Source: Pyrodictium abyssi
Lineage (GTDB): Archaea; Thermoproteota; Thermoprotei_A; Sulfolobales; Pyrodictiaceae
Direction: 5' to 3'
Length of the DNA stretch: 32,000 bases
NCBI RefSeq assembly: GCF_036323395.1
Contig: NZ_AP028907.1
Coordinates: 1,050,001-1,082,000, forward strand
Part shown: positions 17,220-25,828 of the stretch, piece by piece
Position numbering within the stretch: the stretch's first letter is position 1
Layout of the letters: every line of letters begins with the position of its first letter
The notes under the pieces: generated by a model
Seen by the model: the letters and a program-made list of their open reading frames with translations, nothing else
What the model was told of the DNA's origin: nothing
Databases searched by the model: none
Translations under genes and position numbers: made by a program

Positions 17220-18205
17220 CCGGGAAGCTCACCCTAGCAGTGATACCCCTCAGCGGCTGCGGCGGCTGCGAGGTGCAGGTCCTCCGCGCTCTAGCCCTCC
17301 ACGAGGACCTCATGGAGCGGTATGAGATAGTATACTGGCCCCTCGTGGTCGAGGAGACCAAGCTGCCCGAGAAGGTAGACGTGGCCATAGTGGAGGGGCT
17401 TGTCAGGACCCGGGAGAACCTGGAGGCGCTGCGCGAAGCCCGGCTTAGGAGCCGTACACTCATACTCCTGGGCAGCTGCGCGGCGTGGGGCGGCATCGGC
17501 GGCTCAGCGGACTCCTTCAACCCGCGGCTTAGCATGAAAGCTATATACGGCCGCGAGGGGATAGAGGAGAGCGCCGAGATGCTTCCACGCGCCTACGCGG
17601 CGGCCGACCTGGTGCCCGTGGACTACATCATATCCCGGTGCCCGCCCCCGGTCGAGCACGTAGTCCTAGCCCTCCGCGCGATAGCCGAGGGCAAGAAGGT
17701 GCCGGTAGCAGATAGCACGGTCTGCAGCCAGTGCCCCCGCGAGATAAAGCCCGTGGAGAAGCTAGAGTTCAAGCCGGGGCTCCCCGGGCCCAACGCAGAC
17801 CCCAAGACCTGTTTCCTCAGCCAGGGCTACCTCTGCCTCGGCTCCGTCACAACCGTAGGCTGCGGCGCGCCGTGCACGAGGCATGGTGTGACCTGCTTCG
17901 GCTGCGGCGGCCCGCACATAGAGATAGCTGAGAGGCGCGACATGGACATAGTGACGGCGCTCGCTAAGAAGGTCGCTACGCTAGCCGGCCTAGACCCAGC
18001 CAACGACCTGGACAAGGTCGTGGACATGCTGCTAAAGGTGTACGAGCCACGCCGCTTCTACGTCTTCACCTTCGCCTCGCAGGTGCTACGCCGCAAGCCT
18101 CACGGCTACGCAGTGCACGCACTGGCCTCGACTAGGCGCGACCCGGTTTTCGTGAAGAGGCTCGAGGAGCGAGCCCACTTCGCATCGGGCGAGGAGGGCT
18201 TGTAG
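17216..18205 (+). CDS. [NiFe] hydrogenase small subunit, cytosolic group 3-like (no Tat signal)
   Basis: 329 aa; VIPLSGCGGCEVQVLRAL N-terminal cluster motif, LLGSCAAWGGIGG, CLGSVTTVGCGAPCTRHGVTCFGCGGP. Confidence 0.92.
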   Translation: MTGKLTLAVIPLSGCGGCEVQVLRALALHEDLMERYEIVYWPLVVEETKLPEKVDVAIVEGLVRTRENLEALREARLRSRTLILLGSCAAWGGIGGSADSFNPRLSMKAIYGREGIEESAEMLPRAYAAADLVPVDYIISRCPPPVEHVVLALRAIAEGKKVPVADSTVCSQCPREIKPVEKLEFKPGLPGPNADPKTCFLSQGYLCLGSVTTVGCGAPCTRHGVTCFGCGGPHIEIAERRDMDIVTALAKKVATLAGLDPANDLDKVVDMLLKVYEPRRFYVFTFASQVLRRKPHGYAVHALASTRRDPVFVKRLEERAHFASGEEGL

Positions 18206-18208
18206 CCG

Positions 18209-19690
18209 ATGCTCCATGCGCGTGGAGGTGTGCCGGTGGTGGGCTCGGCCGGAGAGAAGGCAGAGACTAGGAAGAGGCTAAGGAAGATCCTCGTGACGCT
18301 GGTTGAGGGCCATGCATTCGTCGTCTTCAAGACCGGGGGCGACGGCCGCGTAGAGGACGTGCTCTACGAAGGCGTTGACACGAGAATGTTTGAGACAATG
18401 TGGGTCGGCATGCTTGTCGATGAACTGCCGAGGGTAACTCCGATGATATGCGGCGTCTGCAGCGCCACCCACCATATAGCTAGTGTCAAGGCAGTGGATG
18501 GTGTGAGGGGCGTAGAGGCTCCCGAGGACGCGTGGCGCATCAGGTACATGGTCAACTGGGGTATACACCTCAACAACCAGGTTCTCCACCCCTTAGTCTT
18601 CGGCCTGCCGGACTTCCTCCCAGCAGACGTCGAGAAGAGAAGCATGCTGGTGCTGGCCAAGAAGTACCCGGAGCTCGTCAAGGCCGGTGTAAAGCTGATG
18701 GAGCTAGGCCACAAGGTAGTAGCGGTCTACGGTGGCAGGGATATACACCCTATCAACGCCATAGCTGGTGGTGTTGCGCGTAAGCCCTCTGGCACCGAGA
18801 TCTCGAAGCTAAGGGACTTGTTCGCTAAGCACCGCGGCGACCTAGAAGTATTCGTAAAGACAGCAATTAAGATAATGGAGGAGTCTAAGGACAAGATAGG
18901 GGAGTACAAGCCCGGCTACAGTTACATGATGGCCCTGGCGGGTGAGAACCGTGAGTACGACATAGTAAACGGCCGGGTCAGAATACTGGACGCCAAGACT
19001 GGCTCAGTGGTAGCAGAGTTCAGCGACCGCACGACAGAGTACCTCAAGTACCTCAAGGAGTACACTGTGCCCTACAGCTACATAAGGATGGTTACTACGA
19101 AGTGGAAGGCCCAGAGTCCCCGTGAGGGCACGATACACGTCAGTGCCCTCGCCCGCGCAAACATAGTCAAGAGCTACGGCGTAGAGTGGGCCGACGAGCT
19201 GCGCGACAGGCTGTTCGAGGAGTGGGGCCGCCCGTTAACGCACCCGCTCCTGGCCACCTACCTACGCGTGGTAGAGACGGTAGCAATATACGAGAACATA
19301 TCGAGGGAGCTGGAGAAGCCCCTCGGCGACAACATATACACGCCGCCCCCGAGGGACACCGGCGAGGGCGTAGGCATAATAGAGGCGCCTAGAGGCACGC
19401 TCATCCACCACTACCGCGGCGAGGAGGGCAAGACCACCTTCGTCAACATAATAACCCCGACCGCCATCAACGCGGCCGCGATAGAAGCCGACCTCCGCGG
19501 CTACTTCGTCGGCAAGAAGCTAGACGAGATGAAGGACCGCGAGGTCTACGCGGCGGCAGTAGCGATAGCCCGCAGCTACGACCCGTGCATGGCGTGCGCG
19601 ACTCATGCAGCACGCCTAGACAAGTTGCCTCCCCTAAGGATAGTCATAGCGGACGAGAACTGGAGGCCAGTGCGCGTCATAAAGCCCTAG
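18209..19690 (+). CDS. [NiFe] hydrogenase large subunit
   Basis: 493 aa; EGHAFVVFKTGGDGRVEDVLYEGVDTR, ICGVCSATHH proximal motif and DPCMACATHA distal motif. Exact start uncertain. Confidence 0.92.
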   Translation: MLHARGGVPVVGSAGEKAETRKRLRKILVTLVEGHAFVVFKTGGDGRVEDVLYEGVDTRMFETMWVGMLVDELPRVTPMICGVCSATHHIASVKAVDGVRGVEAPEDAWRIRYMVNWGIHLNNQVLHPLVFGLPDFLPADVEKRSMLVLAKKYPELVKAGVKLMELGHKVVAVYGGRDIHPINAIAGGVARKPSGTEISKLRDLFAKHRGDLEVFVKTAIKIMEESKDKIGEYKPGYSYMMALAGENREYDIVNGRVRILDAKTGSVVAEFSDRTTEYLKYLKEYTVPYSYIRMVTTKWKAQSPREGTIHVSALARANIVKSYGVEWADELRDRLFEEWGRPLTHPLLATYLRVVETVAIYENISRELEKPLGDNIYTPPPRDTGEGVGIIEAPRGTLIHHYRGEEGKTTFVNIITPTAINAAAIEADLRGYFVGKKLDEMKDREVYAAAVAIARSYDPCMACATHAARLDKLPPLRIVIADENWRPVRVIKP

Positions 19691-19707
19691 ACGGGGGTGG
19701 CCCCGCG

Positions 19708-19974
19708 GTGCCCGCATCCACGGTCACGATTAGGATACTCAGGGAGCGGTGTAAGAAGTGTCTAAACTGCGTAAGAGTCTGCACCGCGTTCGACGGCGTC
19801 TTCGAGGAGGGGCCGGACGGCTACCCGGTAGTGGCCCGGCCCGAGGAGTGTGTACAGTGCCTCATATGCCACACAGTGTGCCCAGCCAACGCTATAGTCC
19901 ACGAGAACTACCGGGTAACCATGCTGATAAACCCCGACGAGGCCATAATAGAGCGCTACCGCAACATGGTGTAA
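19708..19974 (+). CDS. 2x[4Fe-4S] ferredoxin-type electron-transfer protein of the hydrogenase
   Basis: Track ORF begins at 19585 inside hydA; more likely start is in-frame GTG 19708. Motifs CKKCLNCVRVC and CVQCLICHTVC. Confidence 0.85.
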   Translation: MPASTVTIRILRERCKKCLNCVRVCTAFDGVFEEGPDGYPVVARPEECVQCLICHTVCPANAIVHENYRVTMLINPDEAIIERYRNMV

Positions 19975-20019
19975 CAGTCTACGGCGCCCTCGCGGTTTCT
20001 CCCGGTCCCTTGCCCCGGG

Positions 20020-21822
20020 CTACTCCTCGGCCCCGCGGAGCCCGGCTCCACCCATGTACTCGATGTAGCGTGGACAGCTGTATGCGTTGTCGAGAACCAG
20101 GCGGAGCACATCCACGGTATCCACCCGGTAGCTGTAGGCTAGCCTCGCGAGCCGGACTAGGCCGCGGCCCACCGGCACCTGGACCGTGAACACTATCCTG
20201 GTGAAGGCCCCGCTCCTCTTGAGGAGCCTCGCAAGCCGCGCCTCCACCGCGTCACGGACGCCGCGTAGCCCGGCCAGCCGCTGGCCGTTCTCCCCGTAGA
20301 CTGTGATACGGGCCTCTAGCTCCCTGTCGGGCTCCAGGGCCTCGCGGTACAGCGTGTAGAGCTTCTGGAGAGCGGTGCGCGCCGCGTAGACCCTGCCTAG
20401 GTGTGTGTAGATGTAGACAGCGAGGCCGCGGGCCTGGAGCCACTCTAGCGCCTCCCGCGCACGGGGCAGGGGCATGCCGAGCGCCCGCGCCACCACGTCG
20501 AGGGGTGCTGGCTGCTCCTCTACTGCCTCTAGGACGCGGCGCCGGCGGCTGAAGCTCCAGATGTACTCAACCACCCCGGGGTCAATGTTGACGTAGACGC
20601 CGGCGCGCCGAGCCTCCAGGAGCCCGTCTACCAGGCTATCGACGTCCACGGTGTCGGGCGTGGCTATGAAGACTACCCAGCGGGGCCTCTGCCGGGCCGA
20701 GTCGGTGGCGCGGAGCACTCGGCCGAGCCTCTGGATGAACCTTAGCGGGCTAGCAGTGTGGCTCCACACTACCAGGAGGCTCGCCTCCGGCAGGTCTATG
20801 CCCTCCTCGCCCGCGCTGGTGGAGACTATGAGTCGTGTCCCAGGCCTCCGGGCCCGGTCGAGCGCCTCCCGGGGGTCTATCCGGCGGCGGCCTAGGACAA
20901 GGACCGGGTTGTACCCCGCTAGCTTCTCGGCGACGTACTCGGCGACCACGACCCGGTCTATGAAGACTATAGCCTTGTCGAAGCCCTCGTGGTCCCGGAG
21001 CACCCTCTCGAGTGCGCCTAGCTTGTGGGCGGGCCTCACCCCGCCGCTGTAGAGGAGGCTGAGCGCCTCCCGGGGTACGAGGCTCCTTAGCTTCTGGCTC
21101 CTCTCGAGGCTCTCCATGAGTGCGAGCGCGCCGTCGCGGACCAGCCACCGTATAGCGTTGCCGAGGAGGCTCCGGCTGCCCCCGGTGGCCTGGTCCCATG
21201 CCTCCTCGAGCAGCATGTAGAGCCGGGCCTCGGCATCGTTGAGCGGAGCCTCGTAGACCTCGGCCTCCCAGCCCGGCAGGTAGCGCGAGAGCCGGGGGTC
21301 GTCCCAGCCCCAGCACCGTATCCTGCCTATGAGCTCCTCGATCTCCCTCCTCCTGCTGGGCGGCACGTAGGCGGTTAGGCCTAGCCTCCACCGGAACCGG
21401 TACCCCTTCATCACCTTCATGTAGGCGTCCTGGCCCGTGGTGTGGTGGCACTCGTCGACCACAACAGCGTCGAAGCCCTGGCTTAGGAACTCCCTCCACT
21501 CCGCCACCACTATCTCCGGCGTGGCCACCACTACCCGGCTTCTCCAGCCCCTGCTCCTCTCGCCCCGGCTAAGGCTCCCGTGGACGGGGGCTGCGTCGAG
21601 GCCCTGGCTCTGGAGGAACCTCGCGCTCTGCTCTACGAGGAACCGGGTGGGCTCGAGGACTAGTACGCGGCGGGCACGGCCGCTGCGGAGTAGCTCCTCT
21701 ATCCAGAGCACTGCTACGAGCGTCTTCCCCGTCCCCGTGGGCATGCATACGACAGCGGCGCCCTCGCGGAGCGCCCACTCAGCGGCCTCGCGCTGGTAGT
21801 CCCGTGGCTTTAGCCGCGCCAC
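20020..21822 (-). CDS. Superfamily 2 DNA/RNA helicase (DECH box)
   Basis: 600 aa; CMPTGTGKTLVAVLW (Walker A), VVVDECHHTTG (DECH), LTAYVPPSR (motif III), STSAGEEGIDLPEASLLVVWSHTASPLRFIQRLGRVLRAT (motifs V and VI). Confidence 0.88.
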   Translation of the reverse strand: MARLKPRDYQREAAEWALREGAAVVCMPTGTGKTLVAVLWIEELLRSGRARRVLVLEPTRFLVEQSARFLQSQGLDAAPVHGSLSRGERSRGWRSRVVVATPEIVVAEWREFLSQGFDAVVVDECHHTTGQDAYMKVMKGYRFRWRLGLTAYVPPSRRREIEELIGRIRCWGWDDPRLSRYLPGWEAEVYEAPLNDAEARLYMLLEEAWDQATGGSRSLLGNAIRWLVRDGALALMESLERSQKLRSLVPREALSLLYSGGVRPAHKLGALERVLRDHEGFDKAIVFIDRVVVAEYVAEKLAGYNPVLVLGRRRIDPREALDRARRPGTRLIVSTSAGEEGIDLPEASLLVVWSHTASPLRFIQRLGRVLRATDSARQRPRWVVFIATPDTVDVDSLVDGLLEARRAGVYVNIDPGVVEYIWSFSRRRRVLEAVEEQPAPLDVVARALGMPLPRAREALEWLQARGLAVYIYTHLGRVYAARTALQKLYTLYREALEPDRELEARITVYGENGQRLAGLRGVRDAVEARLARLLKRSGAFTRIVFTVQVPVGRGLVRLARLAYSYRVDTVDVLRLVLDNAYSCPRYIEYMGGAGLRGAEE

Positions 21823-21917
21823 CTGTGTGCTCCCCTAGCCCCGGCTTATGCCCCATAGGGGTCCTTTGCTGGCGGGCTGTGGTGCAGCCGTGGAGGCCCC
21901 TGGGAGAAAAGAGGGGC

Positions 21918-22802
21918 CTAGCTGAGGTACCTCACAGCCTCCTTCATGACCTCGGCGTAGAGGGTTATGGTGTCGCGGTACTTCGTTTCAGGTATACCGG
22001 TATAGATGAGGTGCATCCTTAGCGGCAGCTCCTTCTCCCGGACCTCCTTCACCATGAACCTGGCGAGCGCGCGGGCTAGCGGCTCTATGTCGGGGTAGCC
22101 CTTGCCGAGGGGTACCCGCTTCTTCAGTATCCTCCGGCCGAGCGCGAAGCCTATCACCTGGCTAAACCGGAGCGAGAGGAAGCCGTGGCTCAGCTCGAGT
22201 GTCCGGCGCAGTATGTTTGTCCAGAAGGCCTCGTCGGCCATAGCGTTGGCCTGCTCGAAGTCGCCGTGCTCGCTAGCGCCGGTCTCGAGCATCCACGCGT
22301 TCTCCAGCTGCACAGAGACTATCAGCCGGTCCTCGCCGACCATCTCCCGGAGCGCCTTTACCTCGTCCCATAGGCCCAGCATCCGCCTGGTGTAGGGCAC
22401 CTCGACGCTTATGAGCATGCCCTCGCCGGCTTCCTCGGCCAGCCTCCTCAGGACATCGGCCGCCGCCTCTAGGTCGCGGTGGTCCATGTAGGCGCGCCAG
22501 CCAAGGTGGAGGTTGAACACCTCTGCTCCCGCTATCCTGGCCTTCCTGACAGCCGCCATCAGGGCCTTCACGGTCTTCTCCTGCACGTACTTGTTGGTGG
22601 AGACCACGTTGTAGTAGGGCGCGTGCGCGGTTATCGTGGTGAAGGCCTTGGAGGCGAACTCGCGGTACTGCTGGAAGTAGTCCTCGCCCCGGCTACGCCG
22701 GGCGAGGTCGTACGGCGGTATCTCGGTGAGCTTGGTGCCGAGCGCAGCCGCTATAGGCAGCTTGGAGAACGCGTTGTAGGTGCCCCAGTCGAAGAGTATC
22801 AA
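21918..22802 (-). CDS. TIM-barrel AP endonuclease 2/sugar isomerase-like protein (endonuclease IV-like)
   Basis: 294 aa; LTEIPPYDLARRSR..., AFTTITAHAPYYNVVSTNKYVQEKTVKALMAAVRKARIAGAEVFNLHLGWRA typical of the Xylose_isom-like TIM barrel. Confidence 0.75.
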   Translation of the reverse strand: MILFDWGTYNAFSKLPIAAALGTKLTEIPPYDLARRSRGEDYFQQYREFASKAFTTITAHAPYYNVVSTNKYVQEKTVKALMAAVRKARIAGAEVFNLHLGWRAYMDHRDLEAAADVLRRLAEEAGEGMLISVEVPYTRRMLGLWDEVKALREMVGEDRLIVSVQLENAWMLETGASEHGDFEQANAMADEAFWTNILRRTLELSHGFLSLRFSQVIGFALGRRILKKRVPLGKGYPDIEPLARALARFMVKEVREKELPLRMHLIYTGIPETKYRDTITLYAEVMKEAVRYLS

Positions 22803-22846
22803 TCCGGCTTCCCACCAGTAGACATAGCGTGTAGAGCGATGGCTAA

Positions 22847-23758
22847 ATGCCTAGCCCCCGCGCCGGGGCGCAGCGGCGGAGGACAGCGGTGTGGAGACGC
22901 AGAGTGCTGCCGCCCTGGCTGGCCCTGGGGGTAGCTCTCCTAGGCATATCGACGGCGGCGCCGCTGGCGAGGCTAGCAGCCGTAGACGGCGCTACTGCTG
23001 CGTGGTGGCGGCTCCTAGTCGGCGGCGGGGTAACCCTAGCGGCGGCGCTCCTGGCTGGCCAGCTGCCCCGCGGCAGCGTGGCCCTCCGTAGCCTGCCGGG
23101 CGGCGTCTTCCTGGCGGCGCACCTAGCACTCTGGCTCGAGAGCCTACGCTACATGAGCATAGCCTCCTCGACCGGGATAGTGGTCTCGTACCCGGTCATC
23201 GCGGCGGCGTACGAGGCGCTCCACGGCGGTCTACCGCCCCGCCGCCTCCTAGGCGTCGTCCTCGGCTTCGCCGGTGTCGCGGTTCTCTCCACGCCATGGG
23301 CAGGCGCCACACTGCCCGGCTCGCTGCTAGCCCTCGCAGGCGCCTTCACAGCAGCAGCGTACTTCCTCACCGGCCGCAGGCTACGCGTCTCCGGCGCCAC
23401 CACCCTAGAGTACACCGCAACGGTCTACACCACGGCCTTCCTGGTCCTCACAGTCTACTGCCTCGCGGCCGGCGTGGAGCCGTGGAGCCCCCGTCCAGGG
23501 AGCCTCCCCTACCTAGTGGCGCTAGGCCTCGCTCCGATGCTGATGGGCCACACTATGCTGAACTACGCGCTCGCCTACTACCCGGCCAGCATAGTGACCG
23601 GTGTCGCGCTCCTCGAGCCCTACGGAGCGAGCCTCATAGCGTGGCTAGTCCTCGGCGAAGAACCGCCTCCCGCGAGCATCCCGGGGCTACTGCTCACCGT
23701 GTCTGGGGCCTGGCTAGCGCTTAGCCCCGGAGGAGCTTCTCGTAGACGACGGCTCTAG
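22847..23758 (+). CDS. EamA/DMT-family transporter
   Basis: 303 aa; multi-TM; GYETTIPV is only in the shadow frame. Real frame: ISTAAPLARLAAVDGATAAWWRLLVGG, SGVSGATTLEYTATVYTTAF-like region, TGVALLEPYGASLIAWLVLGEEPPPASIPG. Confidence 0.85.
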   Translation: MPSPRAGAQRRRTAVWRRRVLPPWLALGVALLGISTAAPLARLAAVDGATAAWWRLLVGGGVTLAAALLAGQLPRGSVALRSLPGGVFLAAHLALWLESLRYMSIASSTGIVVSYPVIAAAYEALHGGLPPRRLLGVVLGFAGVAVLSTPWAGATLPGSLLALAGAFTAAAYFLTGRRLRVSGATTLEYTATVYTTAFLVLTVYCLAAGVEPWSPRPGSLPYLVALGLAPMLMGHTMLNYALAYYPASIVTGVALLEPYGASLIAWLVLGEEPPPASIPGLLLTVSGAWLALSPGGASRRRRL

Positions 23759-24287
23759 CGAGGTCCTCGAGCGCCTCTAGCCGGTCCACAGCCTCGTACA
23801 CAGCGTCCACGGGGTCGCTGGAGGTCCCGACCGCTACGGCACCGTGCCCCTCCATCACGGCCACGTCGCAGCCCTGGAGCGCCTCGGCGGCTAGCCTCGC
23901 GAGCTCCTCTGTCCCCGGCTCCGCCTCCGGCACGACTGCGACGCATCTCCCTAGGTAGTAGCGGGCCTCTACCCCTAGCGCCTCTGGGCGCAGCTCTAGC
24001 CCGAGGCGGCGCGCGAGCACCGCGTAGGGGTTGTGAGCGTGGACCACAGCCCGGACATCGCCCCGGGCCCGGTAGACGGCGAGGTGTAGCCGGTACTCGC
24101 TGCTAGGCCTGCCCTCGTACACGTAGCCGTCGGGGCTCATCACGGCTATGTCCCCGGGCCTCATGCGCGTCTTCACGGCGCCGCTCGGCGTTATGTAGAC
24201 GAACCTCGTGCCGTCGGGCAGCTCCAGCACAGCGCTAGCATTGCCGCCCCGGAGGTTGAGAAGGCCACGGTCGTGTAGAATCCGCAT
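23721..24287 (-). CDS. Class II aldolase/adducin-family protein
   Basis: 188 aa; GLLNLRGGNASAVLELPDGTRFVYITPSGAVKTRMRPGDIAVM; VHAHNPYAVLARRLG; VAVMEGHGAVAVG. Confidence 0.87.
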   Translation of the reverse strand: MRILHDRGLLNLRGGNASAVLELPDGTRFVYITPSGAVKTRMRPGDIAVMSPDGYVYEGRPSSEYRLHLAVYRARGDVRAVVHAHNPYAVLARRLGLELRPEALGVEARYYLGRCVAVVPEAEPGTEELARLAAEALQGCDVAVMEGHGAVAVGTSSDPVDAVYEAVDRLEALEDLARAVVYEKLLRG

Positions 24288-24572
24288 AGCGTCTACCAGC
24301 GCGCGTCTAATCTCGTAGCCCAGCTGTTCCAGCCTTCATGCACCCCGCTCCGGGAGTAGGGCCCCGAGCCGGGCTACCGGGGCCAGGTATGTATGCTGCG
24401 TGGCTCTCCAGGCGCCCCCTGTGCACAAGGGAGCAGCTTGTCCTCCAATGCTAGGAGGTTGTAGCCTGGCATTCCCGCGCCCGCGTCTCCGCGGAGTATT
24501 ACCCACATAATAGATTGTGTTAATACTACCGGGCTCTACACGGTACACAGCCTTAGTACCCGGTAAGCGGTG

Positions 24573-24590
24573 TTAACGCATCCGCGTTAA
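24573..24590. repeat. 7-bp perfect inverted repeat with 4-nt spacer
   Basis: TTAACGC-ATCC-GCGTTAA in the intergenic region upstream of the zinc-ribbon gene at 24670. Confidence 0.6.
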
Positions 24591-24669
24591 GCGTGCTACT
24601 GCTCCCACGAGAGGCCTACCAGGGCTACTCCTTGAAGCATACCCCTCGCCAGTACTTCCGACTAACCGG

Positions 24670-25029
24670 GTGCCTCTCGCCGTGCCGATAGTCTACCGCT
24701 GCCGTGTATGCGGCTTCATACTCCACGTCTTCGTCAAGGTCGGGCAGAACAGCTACGGCATACCGACCCCGAGTGAACTCTCGAGCCAGTTCGGCGGCAT
24801 CTGCCCCCGCTGTGGCAGCATGCTCAACACGCCTACGCTCAGCGACATAGTGATAAAGCCGAACGGGCCACAGGAGCTGCTAGCAGTGCTAGAAGAGGCA
24901 AAGCGCAGTATGAGAATAAGCTTCAGGAGCCTAGAGCGCTACCTCGCGGAGCTACGCCGCACAGTGCGCGTGACAGAGAGCATCGAAGCTCCATCATCCA
25001 TAGGCGGCTCGGTAGCGGTAGAGGCGTAA
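24670..25029 (+). CDS. Zinc-ribbon protein with C-terminal helical region, uncharacterised
   Basis: 119 aa; YRCRVCGFILHVF...GGICPRCGSMLNTP followed by KPNGPQELLAVLEEAKRSMRISFRSLERYLAELRRTVRV. Confidence 0.75.
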   Translation: MPLAVPIVYRCRVCGFILHVFVKVGQNSYGIPTPSELSSQFGGICPRCGSMLNTPTLSDIVIKPNGPQELLAVLEEAKRSMRISFRSLERYLAELRRTVRVTESIEAPSSIGGSVAVEA

Positions 25030-25191
25030 GAGGGGAGGGCTCCGACGGGATCGAGGCTCCGCACAGCCCCATGGGCTCCCCGGGGCTTCGGGGCAGGCTA
25101 CACTCGTCACAGCCCCCCGGGAGGGAGCCCTGTAGACCCTTTACTCCTCTTTTACGCGTGGGCCCTAGCCCCGGAGTAGTTGTGGACGCGG

Positions 25192-25698
25192 CTACCTCCT
25201 TACCGGCTTCGGCTCCGCAGCGTAGAGGACTGCTATCTTCTGGAGCGCTCGGCGTACTAGCTTGCCAGCAGCAGCCCTTGAGACGCCTAGCCGCGAGGCA
25301 ATACCGGTTATGGTCTCGGAGCCGCCCAGCATGCCGAGCACTGCTCTCTGCCTGGGCGTGAGTAGGAGCGAGCGGGCGTCCACCACCTCGACGCTTACGA
25401 GCCGGCTCTTGTTCCGGGATATTATCCTGCGGGTGGCGTTAGTGTACACGGCTACGAAGCGTATGAGCCCGCCAGGCAGCAGCACCGGCTGGCCCACAAC
25501 GTAGCTACCCTGGAGCAGCTGGGCGAGCACGCAGTCCCGGCAGCCGACCCGGAGCTTCTCCATGCGGCCCCTCTGGTCCTCTACTATGTGCTCTATCATC
25601 TCGCGAGCAGCGCCGCAGGAGCCGAAGGCCAGGTAGCTACGGGGCCTCAGCTCCCGCAGGAGCTGGCACTGTTTCATCGTGATTACTGCGAGCCTCAA
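25192..25698 (-). CDS. HTH_10/bacterio-opsin-activator-like transcriptional regulator with four cysteines
   Basis: 168 aa; C-terminal LTPRQRAVLGMLGGSETITGIASRLGVSRAAAGKLVRRALQKIAVLY; Cys at residues 11, 28, 53, 56. Divergent from the qNOR gene. Confidence 0.68.
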   Translation of the reverse strand: MRLAVITMKQCQLLRELRPRSYLAFGSCGAAREMIEHIVEDQRGRMEKLRVGCRDCVLAQLLQGSYVVGQPVLLPGGLIRFVAVYTNATRRIISRNKSRLVSVEVVDARSLLLTPRQRAVLGMLGGSETITGIASRLGVSRAAAGKLVRRALQKIAVLYAAEPKPVRR

Positions 25699-25741
25699 GA
25701 CGCGCTGCTCCCGGTACGGCTAACACGCGTCTAAGGAGAGC

Positions 25742-25750
25742 CTTATACCC
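25742..25750 (-). promoter_or_regulatory. Candidate TATA element for the NOR-adjacent regulator
   Basis: Minus strand GGGTATAAGG; centre about 46 nt upstream of the TTG at 25698. Confidence 0.35.
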
Positions 25751-25828
25751 GTCTCCGCTTACTGCCGTTAGAGGTCCAAACGTACCAGAATCGGTTACAC
25801 ATAGCATCGTCACGGCAGCTGATAAGCA

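Noticed and set aside
19585-19707. N-terminal part of the 129-aa ferredoxin ORF
   Set aside because: Out-of-frame read of the hydrogenase large subunit 3' end; ferredoxin probably starts at GTG 19708.
20750-21499. 249-aa plus-strand ORF inside the helicase
   Set aside because: Antisense shadow ORF from high GC; low-complexity Arg/Pro/Gly-rich translation, no motif. The minus-strand frame carries full helicase motifs.
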